NCBI RefSeq assembly: GCF_009914755.1
Contig: NC_060947.1
Reading direction: 5' to 3' (one strand)
Length of the DNA stretch: 64,000 nucleotides
Source: the human T2T-CHM13v2.0 reference genome, Homo sapiens
This document shows, piece after piece, positions 38,871-50,727 of this stretch. How positions within the stretch are numbered: the stretch's first letter is position 1; the number at the start of each line of letters is the position of its first letter. Made by a program: the position numbers and the translations under genes. A model generated the notes under the pieces. It saw only the letters and a program-made list of their open reading frames with translations, was not told the origin of the DNA and did not search any database.

Positions 38871-40963
38871 GAAAAATAACATATATATATGTATGTATTA
38901 GGCTTGCATACTGACATATATACATATATTATACATGCATATCTATTTGGCTTAGGTAGAGGATAAAGGGTATTGCAGGGCATTGGAGTAGCTGATGTTA
39001 AGAGTTCAGGAGGAGGGGCTTGTTGTGGAGAGGAGCAAAGCATACCTTACTCTGAGCCAAGAGGAAATGGATAGGGAAATATCAAGGCAGAGAGGAGGGT
39101 AGTTGATAAAATTCACATATGAAGAGGGTCTGGACCTTCTTACAGAGGAAGGAAGTTACCTTATCTTTTAGGAGCAAGGCTGGGGGCCTGAAATAAGGTA
39201 GAAATGTGCTGAAAAGCTGCTATGAGGAATGAGACAAAGATAAGCAAATAGACACACGGCATGGGGTCAGGCAGTACATATCGCAGAGCATAAAATTCAA
39301 GTGGAGTCAATTCATATCTGTGTTTTGTTTTGTTCGTCAGCAAAGCTCAGCAGTCCAAGAACATGAGCAAAAGCAGGGCCTCCAGAGTCATTCTAGAACT
39401 AAAGAACAGTGCAGAGTGAGGTGGAAGGGTGAAAGGGCTGAGAGTTCCGTAGGGCAGAGGTGAAATAGGGGGTCAGACTCAGGGGACAAGGTTGGGTGGA
39501 CAGGGAGGCAGGTAGAGGTAGCCAGGAAAGATTACGTTGGCTCACAGAGCAGGGAAGAGTGGAAGGCTGAGAATAACTTCCCTGAGCCTCAGTTTTCCTA
39601 TCTGTCAGTAGGGGGCAATGGCGAGCACTGCTTAACAGCACTGTAATAAGCATTGACTGTGAGAAGGAATAAACAGGAGGGTTTACTGTGAGCAAGTTCT
39701 TGCCTAGGTGGTCTGAGAAGTAACTCACAGAAAGGCAAGAATGTTCAATTAGTCTCTTTATGAAGTATACATTCTTGGGCTTTCTGGTCACGCCCTGCCC
39801 TCTCTGCTTGACCAGACTGTCAGCTCTTAGAGAACTGGGACACTGTTCATATAACTTTCAGGGCGGACCACTCTTGTTCCTCCCAAAACTAACAAACCAT
39901 GATCTACAGCACACACATCCTCACTACAGCTTAACTTTGGGAAACAAATTCCTCCAGGCAAACACAAGAGTCTCAAACCAACATCAGTCTCCTAGCCCAA
40001 ATGGTAATAAGCCATTTGGGCTAGGTTTACGCCCTCTCCTTACACAGAACTATCCTCAGAAGACAATAATTTTCAGATGGTTCTGAGGGCAATTCCCTAA
40101 AATCAGTTAGTTTCCAACATGTTTTGGGCAATGGTAACCTTGTTGGGGTGTCTTTCTTTCCAAGGAGATCTCTTGAAAGCTAAGAAAACTCATCTGGACA
40201 TATCACTGCTGGACTCTTCATTTAAGCCTCAGCTTACAGTCTTTATATGCATAGTTTGTAGTGCTCCCAGGACAGTGCTGTAAGAAATAGTCAGATCTTG
40301 ATTAACAAGAGCCCATCTTAAAGGATACTTCAACCAGAACTTGTATTTGGGTTTACAATGAAGTGGGGGAGGGAAGTTAAAAGAAAGCATGTAGATATAT
40401 TAGATCAAGCCTAATCAAACAAGCAAAACAATAACCAAACAAACAGAACACACAAACAAAAAACAACAGCTTTCAAAGGGTGCCCAGGATCTGATATAGA
40501 TTCAACCATGAGAAACAATCAGACATAGTAGGAAGAGCATGAAATCTGAGTACAAATCCAGATTTATACTTCCTTGCTGTGAGACCATGGGCAAGTAGAT
40601 TCCCCTTTCTGACTCTGTTTCCTCTTCTGTAAAGTAAGAGTAATGATAACTATCTCATGGGACAGTTGTGGGGATTCAATGAGAAAATGTGTGTCAAGTT
40701 ATTGTACTTTGTATCTGGCAAATACAATGTGCTAGTAAATCTCTCTTTCCTTTACCGTCTTTATCTACTTAACCTATGGCATGATAGGCAATGTCTCTAT
40801 CCCTGTTGTCCCCAGTCCAAGTTTTTTTTCTTTGTGATTGTACAACCATTGCCTGCTTGGGATCCTCCTCTCCCAATTCTTCTTTTGCATAAGGGCACCT
40901 TTTGAGGTATCTTTGTTTCAAGCTTGTGTGTTAAGATGCTCACCAGGAAAGAGGGCCGCTCAC

Positions 40964-41245
40964 CTTTGACCACAAACTTCACAATGTCGCTGTGCTGCTC
41001 AGAGCCAACCTGGCCCTTGGCAGTGCAGAAATAGGAGCCTGAGTCGGCTATCACCGCAGGCTTGAAGAGTAAGGTACTTAGGGTTGCTACTTTGATGGGT
41101 TCCTGGTTATTAGTCTGTTGCTTATACCAAATATAACTGATGGGAGGAGAACCCCGAGCCTGGCATTGAAGGCTAATCCTCATTCCCTGGGGCACCGTGA
41201 AGCCATAACCGCTGCCAGTTGTCACTGTGGGCTTGGAGACAGAGA
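40964..41245 (-). CDS. VSIG4: VSIG4 exon 3, IgC2 domain (skipped in the short isoform)
   Basis: tgcag|TCTCTGTC acceptor and GTCAAAG|gtgagc donor, 282 nt. Translation SVSKPTVTTGSG...LQCQARGSPPISYIWYK...DSGSYFCTAKG...KFVVK. Confidence 0.98.
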
Positions 41246-41969
41246 CTGCAAAGAAAAGACAAGACAGGAAACTCTGGGCAGTCATAAGGATATGGGACCA
41301 AAAGGCTGAATCATTCTTGTTGGGCGTAAGGGCATGCATATATCTGCAACTGGAACTAAAGGGGGCTTCTGACTTTGGAGGAAATAAGAAGGAAAGGGCA
41401 ATACAAATAAAATGGCTTCCTTTGAAGGTAGGTACTTTTTGGTATTACCCGGGGTTTTGGAATACTTGGAAGTAAAAATCAACTGACCTTTAAAATTAAT
41501 GTAGTTTGTTCTGGGGCTCAAGTAGAGCTTTTGATTACCTGCAGTTGTGGATTATCAGGGCCAGACTTTTGTAAAATTGTCCAGCAAGCAAACTTATCCT
41601 GGCTAACCTCTGCCTCCCTTTCCCCAGAGCTTCTCTATCAGCATCTATCTACAAATTAAATGTACTCATTTTTGAGTTGTAAAGCCCAGAGCCCAAGGAG
41701 GGTAACTAGTCCATGGATACTGGCATTTCTGGGACACTCGAAGGGATAGAGATTTGCAGGTCAGGAACCCTTCCCAGCACTTCCTAAATTTAACTATGGG
41801 AATGCTGACCCTAAGAATCCTCTGCCTGTCCACTTCCTCTGATAAGCACATATACCTGTGGAGAGCCTCTGTATAAACGAAGGCCTCTGGATTTTTCAGG
41901 CTTTTCTAGAATTACATCCACTATTGATTCATTGATTATCAGTGCTTTCCTACCCCCATAGTGACTCAC

Positions 41970-42326
41970 GTTTCTGGACACGGAGCTCAGTAATCTTATC
42001 TCTCACGACTTGGTTGCCATCAGGAGTCTGCCAGGTGACTTCACACGTGTAGTGGCTCCGGTCATCCATCTCCAGGGTGCTCAATTGGAGGGATACATCT
42101 CCTGGAACCTTGTGGCTCACATGCAGGCGGCCCTGGTACTTTGCCTGCTGGATATGGTCTCCAGAAGAGTCACGTAGAAAGATGGTGACAGGGTCTGAGC
42201 CACGTTGTACCAGCCACTTCACCAAGACTTGGGTGTAGCCTTGCAGGGGGTCATAGGTGCAGGGAAGATTCACATCCCCTTTCCAAGGTCCTGTTACACT
42301 CTCTGGCACTTCCAGGATGGGACGGC
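41970..42326 (-). CDS. VSIG4: VSIG4 exon 2, IgV domain (C3b/iC3b binding)
   Basis: ttcag|GCCGTCCC acceptor and CAGAAAC|gtgagt donor, 357 nt. Translation RPILEVPESVTGPWKGDVNLPC...YTCEVTWQ...ELRVQK has the IgV Cys/Trp pattern (within ORF 41950..42495). Confidence 0.98.
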
Positions 42327-45051
42327 CTGAAGAGGCGGAACAGAGGAAAGAAGCAAACGTAGATGGCATACCTACTTGGCAACTAAGGTGACAGTGACAA
42401 ACCTCAAAAGGTTTCTGAGAAATGCCACTCAACTTTCTTTCTATCACACTTTTGTGTACCTGTGCCCTTTTGCTCTTTGCCAGCCTTCTCATCAATCAGA
42501 ACCAGTCTTCAGAATGAAAGCCTTTAACATTGTTTAGATCTTGTGAGTTTCAAGTCCTTTTTATGTTACTGTCTTGCTATGAAGGTGATCCTAGGTAAGT
42601 CACCTTCTTACCGTGGAAGATTCATTTACTTCATCTATAATGTGGAGAGTTTGGGTGGTAGGTGCTCTAGATATTCTATCAAATCTGTCATTCTGCAAAT
42701 CCATGAAAAAATTTTCTTTTCACATTTTCCAAAAGAGATGTGGAAGCAAAAATGCTAAGCATTTGGGTCTGGACTATTTCATTTTGTGTAAATTTGCACC
42801 TGGAGAAAGGTGGAGGCTTTTGAGATCAGCAAGAAAGGGCCCTCTGCCCTGTTATCTTCTCTTGTTCCCTTAGAAATCCTCAGTGAGTGGGGTCCCAACC
42901 CTAAGATGTTCTCTGGAAGACAGGCAAAAGGAAATACTGAGGGTGGAACCAAGTGTGAGGAAGAAGTCTGGATACACATTCCTGTTTAACAAAATCATTA
43001 GCTATTGTTAAATTCAAAACCTGCACTTTGTAAACCTGACTTTTTTTCTGATTTCTTTTGTTTATTTTCCTTTTGGTTTCTCTTAGTTCTTAGCAAGGAT
43101 ACATAGGAAAATTTCATCTTGAGGGGGAAAAGATTGCATCCATTTTTGGTCTAGAGAGGAAAAGGTTCTGAGTGAAATCCTGAAGCTGGCTGTAGTAGGG
43201 GTGGTGATAGAAGCAATGGGAGATTGCTCCTTGGCGTGTTTGAGAAGGAAACCCTTGGGGATGGGGGGGGGGGTGGGGAAGGAGGTGGGGATGTTGAAAC
43301 AGCCATTGCCTCCCATCAGAATTTTCCATCCATAAGCTCTTATTTAGAAGATTTTTTGTTTTATTTAGCTGGGGCCAGGAGTGTGGGGTGGGTATATTTA
43401 GGCAATATATTCATGTCTCTCCTAAGAGAGGTGGTTTCAAAGATATGAGGTATTCCTGAATAAAAGTCTTTTATTGAGCCTAGAAATCCCAGTATTCAGT
43501 CAAGCGGATGGAAGATGACATCTTTTGGATGGGTTGAGTGTATGCGTTCTAACTCCCAGAATATACTGTCCAGCATCAGGACTTCTGTTAATAGAGATAT
43601 AAAATCAAGCCTCTAGCCTGTGCCCTCACCAGGGACCCTTAGAACATCAATAGCATATTTTAGTCAAGAAAAAGCCCTTGAGTAGAAAAGAATAAATAAC
43701 ATAAGTCCATGTTGCTAGATCCACTACATACTCTCTGGAATGCTTCGAATTTGGCAGAGAGCAGAACTCAGACCTACGAATGGGAATACAAGAGGGGCAG
43801 ATTTTGGTTTGCTCTATTTTCCTAATTCTATTTCTTTTTATGTTATTCTTGTCTGCTTTTCACATCGCAGAACAGATGGTTTGCCTTAGAACGAACTTTG
43901 TGATTAATCAGAGCTGTCTATGGATGGATTAAACTGTCTGGGGGAAGTTCTAGGCTTTGTTTGGGTCTTAGCCTTGCTCTTTAAGGTCCCTTCTAATCTT
44001 AGGTGGTCAAGTGTTAATAGGCTATAATAGAAATAGAAGTTATGTAATTATAGGTTCCAGCTGGTGGTGAATTTTCACCAGGTAGTGGGTTTCACTGTGC
44101 CATAGATAGTTCACACCTCCATGTGATTGCAGATACAGCTTTTCATTATCATGGACTCACATGCCCATACATATTTTTGGCCACATGCAAGCACAAACAT
44201 ACCATGCTTAAACCCCATGAAAACTATCTGAGCCTCTTGGTTTAATAGGCTATTTCCCATTAATCTTCCTCTGGACTTTCCCAATGTCCCTCCTCTTCTC
44301 TGAAAAGCATTCTCACATTCCCCTCTTGGGCAACAAAGCAGCATTCTGCTGTGAGTTGAAAATGCCTTTGTCTATGCATATGCAGGTCTTCCTTCTGACC
44401 TTAGGGGAGCTGAAAGGCCTGGGTTGTGTTTTTCCTCCCTGGGAATTTGCTGGAAATTCTCACAAAGCTCAGTCTGGCCTATCAAGAAAATTGCTAGATA
44501 GTCTCAATTTCTCAGTTTTGAAAATCACTTCTGGAAGTAGGTCAGGCTTAACTCCTCCATCCCAGAATGAATAGGACAGAGTTGGTAACTAGACTTCCCA
44601 AAATGGCATGTTTTTTCCCCTTTTACTTTTTTTTTCCTCTCCCTTCTTCCTCCTTTATTTCTTCCACTCATTGTTCCATTATGCTTCCGTTCCTTTTTTC
44701 TTCCTTCTTCTTTTTCTTATTCTTATCTCCTCTTCCTCCTCCTGCTTCATTAGTTGCATAAAGAGACTGGATTATAGGTACAGGACATCACAAGAAAAAT
44801 GACATTGTACTATTCCTCATGTTTTCTGATCTCCAAAGTGAAGTAAACCACAATACCACTGACTTGTACCTTCTACCTTTCCTTGTAGTTCCCCTAGAAT
44901 CAAGTAGGAGCCCCTAATGAGAGCAGGAGGGTAATGAAGGACTGTATGATGTAGTAGGAATAACACTGATCTAAGCGCAAGGTCTGCCTTACCACATATC
45001 TCTCTGTGTGACCTTGGGTAAATTACTAAACCTATCTGAACTTTGAGTCAC

Positions 45052-46673
45052 TATCAGTAAAGTGGAAGTAATAATAAAGGAAGTAATATTATAATATAAT
45101 AAAAATATAATATAATATATTTATAATATAGATAATATTTTAATAATATAATATATAATATAATATAATATATATAATACGATATATTATTAATATATTA
45201 TAATTATATAATATATATATTATATAATTATAATATATTAATAATATATAATATAATATAATATATATTATATTATATTATATATAATATAATATATTAT
45301 ATAATATTATATATTATTATATATATAATATGTTATATAATATATTATATATATAATAATATATTATATTATATATTATATTATATATTTTATTATATAA
45401 TATATTATATGATATATTATATTATATGATATATTATATGATATATTATATTATATTATATAATATATAATATAATATATCATATAATATAATATATCAT
45501 ATAATATATCATATAATATAATATATAATGTAATATAATATATCATATAATATATATTATATAATAATATAATATATCATATAATATATATTATATAATA
45601 ATATAATATAATATAAAATATATATAATATATATAATATATATAATATAATATAATGCAATATATAATAATTATATAATATAATATATAATATATAATAT
45701 ATATTATATATAATATATAATATATAATATATATTATATATAATAATATAATATATAATATACATTATATAATAATATAATGTATATTATATAATAATAA
45801 TGTAATATATAACATATATTATATAATAATAATATAAGATATATTATATAATTAATATAATATATAATATATATTATATAATAATAATATAAGATATATT
45901 ATATAATTAATATAATATATAATATATATTATATAATTAATATAATATATAATATATATTATATAATAATAATATAATATATATAATAATTATATAATAT
46001 AGTATATAATATATATTATATAATAATAATATAATATATATAATAATTATATAATATTAGAATATATATTATACAATAATAATATAATATATATTATACA
46101 ATAATAATATAATATATATATAATTATATAATATAATATATATAATAATAATATAATATAATATATAATATATATTATATAGTAATAATATAATATAATA
46201 TATAATATATATTATATAATAATATAATATAATATATAATATATATTATATAATAATATAATATAATATATAATATATAATATATAATAATATAATATAA
46301 TATATAATATATATTATATAATAATATAATATAATATATAATATATATTATATAATAATATAATATAATATATAATATATATTATATAATAATATAATAT
46401 ATAATATATATTATATAATAATATAATATAATATATAATATATATTATATAATAATATAATATAATATATAATATATATTATGTAATAATATTAATATAT
46501 AATATATATCATATAATAATATAATATATAATATAATTATATAATAATATAATATATATAATAATTATATAATACATATATATATTATATGTATTATATA
46601 TATACATATAATATATATTATATATTATATATATATATTAATATATATTATATATATATATATATATTATATA

Positions 46674-46704
<31 letters not shown>

Positions 46705-47025
46705 ATAATATATATTATATAATAATAATATAATATAATATATTCATAATATATTATATTATATTATATATTTATATACTTATTATATTATATTACTTCC
46801 TTTATTATTACTTCCACTTTACTGATAATTACTTATATATAATATATAATAATTATATAATTATTACTGATAATTACTTATATATAATATATAACATTAT
46901 ATTATATTATACTTATTACTGATAAGTATATATACTTATTACTAAGTATATAAACTTATTACTGATACGTATATATACTTATTGCTGATAAGTATATATA
47001 CTTATTGCTGATAAGTATATATACA
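45052..47025. repeat. ~1.7 kb AT-rich low-complexity tract with 38-bp inverted flanks, followed by a ~22-23-nt minisatellite
   Basis: Almost pure A/T (TATAA/ATATT units) from 45090 to 46790; inverted arms at 45052-45089 and 46790-46827; cttattactgataagtatatata-like units at ~46905-47025. Confidence 0.95.
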
Positions 47026-47678
47026 GTATTGAGCTTAATGTGGTCCTGAGACCCAGCCTTATAAAAGCAAATGTCTGATGCCTGTGTAATGGCACTGAAG
47101 AAAAGAAAGGTTGAATTTACTAGGTGTGTGCTCCTTTATAAGACCCATTCTAGGTCTCTTTCTGAATCCCCTTCCTCCCATCATCACAAAGAGGTTGACA
47201 TTTTCCATATCTCTATCCCATTCCCCCACATGACTGGCTTCTCTCCCTTTCCTGGAATGCCTCCTGGATGGAGGATTAACTTATATAATAGATGTTTATA
47301 AAATGTTTCTGAAATGTTTAAAATGTATATAAAATGTGAATATTAGAAATTTTTTAAATTTTGATTATCTTGACATATCTCTTAGCCCCACAGGAAGAGG
47401 CTAGCAGCTTACTCTGGCCGCTACAGGGTTTTTAGCAGTGAAGCTGCAGTCCCACAGAGTTGTCCAGCTGAGAAACCCCTTTAAGACCAGTCAAGTCAAC
47501 CTCCTCACTGTACAGATGGGCTAGGAACAATGAGGTCCAGGGAGAGGGAAGGTATTATTTGCAGCTCAGCATAACCTGAGCCTGAGGTCTATAGTATAAG
47601 ATCCTGTGTACAAATGGAAGGCCTGCTTCCAGGTCTGGAAAAGCTCATAGGCTGGGGAAGGAACAAGACACATGAGTG

Positions 47679-47717
<39 letters not shown>

Positions 47718-47746
47718 ATGAATGCACACACACATACACACACACA
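47679..47746. repeat. (CT)n-(CA)n microsatellite
   Basis: Direct reading. Confidence 0.9.
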
Positions 47747-48379
47747 AACAAAGGATTTAAATTTAACATTTCTAAAATGCTCCCTCAAGCCCCAGGCTTA
47801 AGCCCTAGCTCAAACCAACAGACTTGGAGAAGGTAGAGAGATACATTATAAAACCTGCTAGAGAATGGAAATGTGGTAGTTATAGAAAGAAAAATGTTTT
47901 TTCAGGAGCATTAACTCTGCCACTAATGCTCTTTGGCTTGGGGGCAAATTATTTTTTCTCTTGGTTGACTTAATTCAGAGTCTTTTCTAACTCTGAGGTT
48001 CCAGAGTGTGATGGGTCACAGAGCCCCAGGATAGGGTAACCTAATCAGAGTCAGCTACGGAAAGCTGGATTCTTTCTGACCTAACAAGTGACACCAAGCT
48101 AACACCTATCCAGCCTTTTTCTCTAGGGATGATAGGGAAGCAGCAAAATCCCCCTTTACCCTATATTGGATCTCACTTAGCTGTTACCCAGGTTGAGTTT
48201 CCTGAAAATCCATCTCACTTCTCAGGAGTGTAGATGAGGATAGAGCTTCCCAAGCTCCAAGGAAATAATGCCACTATGGAATAGTCCATCCTCCTTTGGG
48301 ATTTGTATCCAGCCCATAAATAGCCCAGACAAATTGAGCCATGTCTATAGGGAAGTGAGTTATCCCAGGAATGGGTAAG

Positions 48380-48690
48380 AAACCAAGTCCTATGAAGACC
48401 AGTTGAAAAAGCTGGGGCTGTTCAGCTTGGAGGAGAGAAGAGTCAAGGAGACATAGTACTTGTCCTCAGGGCTTTGAAGGGCTATCACAGGGCAAGGAAG
48501 CATCTATGTTCTGTGTAGCCCCAAGAAGCAAAGCTGGGGTTTTTGGATGGAAGTCAGAGGGAACTGGATTTAGTTCAACACAAATAAGAACTTTCTAACA
48601 GTTGGAGCTGCTCCTGGATGGACTAGATGGTCTGGGGAGGTAGTGAACAGTGAAATCTCAATCACTACTGGATGTTTCTGAGCACTTATT
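48380..48690 (+). mobile_element. CR1/L3 LINE 3' fragment
   Basis: gttgaaaaagctggggctgttcagcttggaggagagaaga; tttgaagggctatcac; aagaactttctaacagttggagctg. Confidence 0.7.
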
Positions 48691-49154
48691 CATGACAATG
48701 AAGGGTGGTATAGGTTACTTCTATAGTCCTATCCAACTCTTAGAAAACACTCCTTCTTCGGGGGCTGTATATTTTAACAGAGACCAAAGCTTGGAAGCAG
48801 AGTGGTTAAGTCCAATTGTAGAATTTTAGATGAGAGACAGCAGATGGAGGAAAGATTCGGATGTCATTGGGAACCTTCTTGATGCCCCTGAGATACAAGC
48901 CCTAGAAAATAATGCAGATGTTTTCCAAGAGAAAAATCCTTTTTCAATTTCTGCCCAAACTTGCCTTCTGGCTTCTTCAGCAGCCTTCAACTACATCCAT
49001 CCGTTTTGCTCAAGGCTGAGAGAGCCTGCAGAGTTTGGCTGAGAAGACTCACCTGCCCAGTAGGAATAGGCTTTCCATAGTAGACATTAAACACCAACCC
49101 TCTAGCCTTTTGCCTAAGCCAGCAATGGCAGCCAGGCCCCCCTTTCTGCCTTAC

Positions 49155-49209
49155 CATAAGTGTCCACTGTTAGGTGCCCCAGGAGTAGCAGGCCCAGTAA
49201 GATCCCCAT
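49155..49209 (-). CDS. VSIG4: VSIG4 exon 1 coding part (signal peptide MGILLGLLLLGHLTVDTY-G)
   Basis: Reverse complement reads ATGGGGATCTTACTGGGCCTGCTACTCCTGGGGCACCTAACAGTGGACACTTATG|gtaagg. 55 nt, hydrophobic leader matching the known VSIG4 N-terminus, GT donor at 49154. Confidence 0.97.
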
Positions 49210-49460
49210 CACAGCCAGAGCTACTTCTGTCCTTTCTTCCAGCCTCCTGCTACCAAAGAGGCTCAAACTTCTGGTGGCCGCCAGCGTCTGTGACTGCTTA
49301 CTTCCCTTCCTTCCCTATATCTCTCACTCAAACTCCTAGTCCCATCACACATTCCCCTTCCTTCCCTATTTCAGTACAGGTCATGTGGGGTGCCCCCCTT
49401 CCCCCACCTCCTTGGGGTTGGAGGTTCCAGGATGAGTGAAGCAATTCTTCCCCCTGCTAG
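49210..49460 (-). promoter_or_regulatory. VSIG4: VSIG4 5' UTR and proximal promoter
   Basis: Immediately upstream of the ATG. Minus strand has a TATA-like GATATAG (~49315-49321) and GGAA(G) ETS/PU.1-type cores (~49299-49315); a C/EBP-like TGAAGCAAT is at ~49437-49445. TSS estimated near 49290. Confidence 0.55.
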
Positions 49461-50670
49461 GGTATTGACTTGACTTTCCTTGGAGCCAATGGGGCTTTCT
49501 GGTCTTTGATCTCCTAGGCTGTATTTATTTTGAGTCTCCTCCACAAGATTCAGAGGTTGTGGGGGCGACCTTTGGGATGAGTCTTCCCACTCCAGTATGG
49601 CGGTGTTTTCCTTTGTGGTGAGCCCAGGGAGAAGAGATCAACTTTGCTGACCTACCCAATTTTCATTAGTTGTACTGTTAACCCTTGCCTGTGCAGCCTA
49701 TGCAACTGGACAGGGTGTTGGGCCCGGGGTGCTTTTGGGCTTAAGAGTACAAGAGTTTAGTGTATTAAAGGGCTTTCTACACATCAAAGCTTGAATAATT
49801 GACAAGCCAATGGATAAGGCTGTTATGGGTGAATATGCCTCATATCTCATATTGGGGAAGCTCTTTGAATCACTTTCTACAATGGCTCCACCTCTCTGAT
49901 GGTAAGGGAGAATTCATTTTCATTAATGTTCTCCATGCTTTTTCATAAGGAATTTATTTTTTACTTCTTTTAAGGGAAATTTAAGCCTAGCCTCCAGTGC
50001 AGCAGCCCATTAGTGGTATGCTGTATTAGGTTGAATTTTTCATTGACTTCCAATTGGTACAGGCCCTTGACCTACAAGAGAGTAATATTATGCCTCCTAG
50101 CAAAGCTCAACTGCTCCAGAAATTGCTCCTCTTCACAGGCCCCAGAGTGACTGTAATTTCATCAGCAGTCTAACTAGGTTTGGCACTGCGCTTTGTCTAC
50201 TAAGCTTTGAAACAATAAGCACTTTCAAAAGCACAAATACATCCCAAAAATTCATACTGCACTGTAAGTAACAGCTAAGCTTAGTTTACTCTTTGATTGG
50301 AGGGATAGGAAAGGACTTGGTCAGGGGAGGGAGGAGTTTGTGCAGAGATGGGGAGTGGGAATATAAAGAAACATACTTGCCAAGGGGTGGCTGCATGCAG
50401 ATGATTTGGAGCTGTGCACGGGCTAAGGAGACATTCCAGCATTTCAGGACACATTATTACATGGAATTCTATCAATCACCTCTGCCTCTAGGGCCCAATC
50501 CCCCTTGGCTGGTTGTTCCTTGTTTTTTGAGTACTGCACTCATTCCATCTCACTGGAAATTTCAGCCATTTTTTCCCACCGGGTCCTCACTCAGGAAACC
50601 CTGAACTTCACAGAACCCTCCTTTGATATTTTTCAACCAACACCCTATCACCACTACACCACCACCACCG

Positions 50671-50675
50671 CACAG

Positions 50676-50710
<35 letters not shown>

Positions 50711-50727
50711 CATACACACACACACAC
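50671..50727. repeat. (CA)n microsatellite
   Basis: Direct reading. Confidence 0.9.

Noticed and set aside
45577-45765. Tyr/Ile-rich ORF
   Set aside because: Translation of the AT-rich tract.
45052-46827. Inverted arms interpreted as terminal inverted repeats of a DNA transposon
   Set aside because: No target-site duplication or transposase remnant is seen, and the left arm is continuous with a MIR, which favours template-switch duplication.
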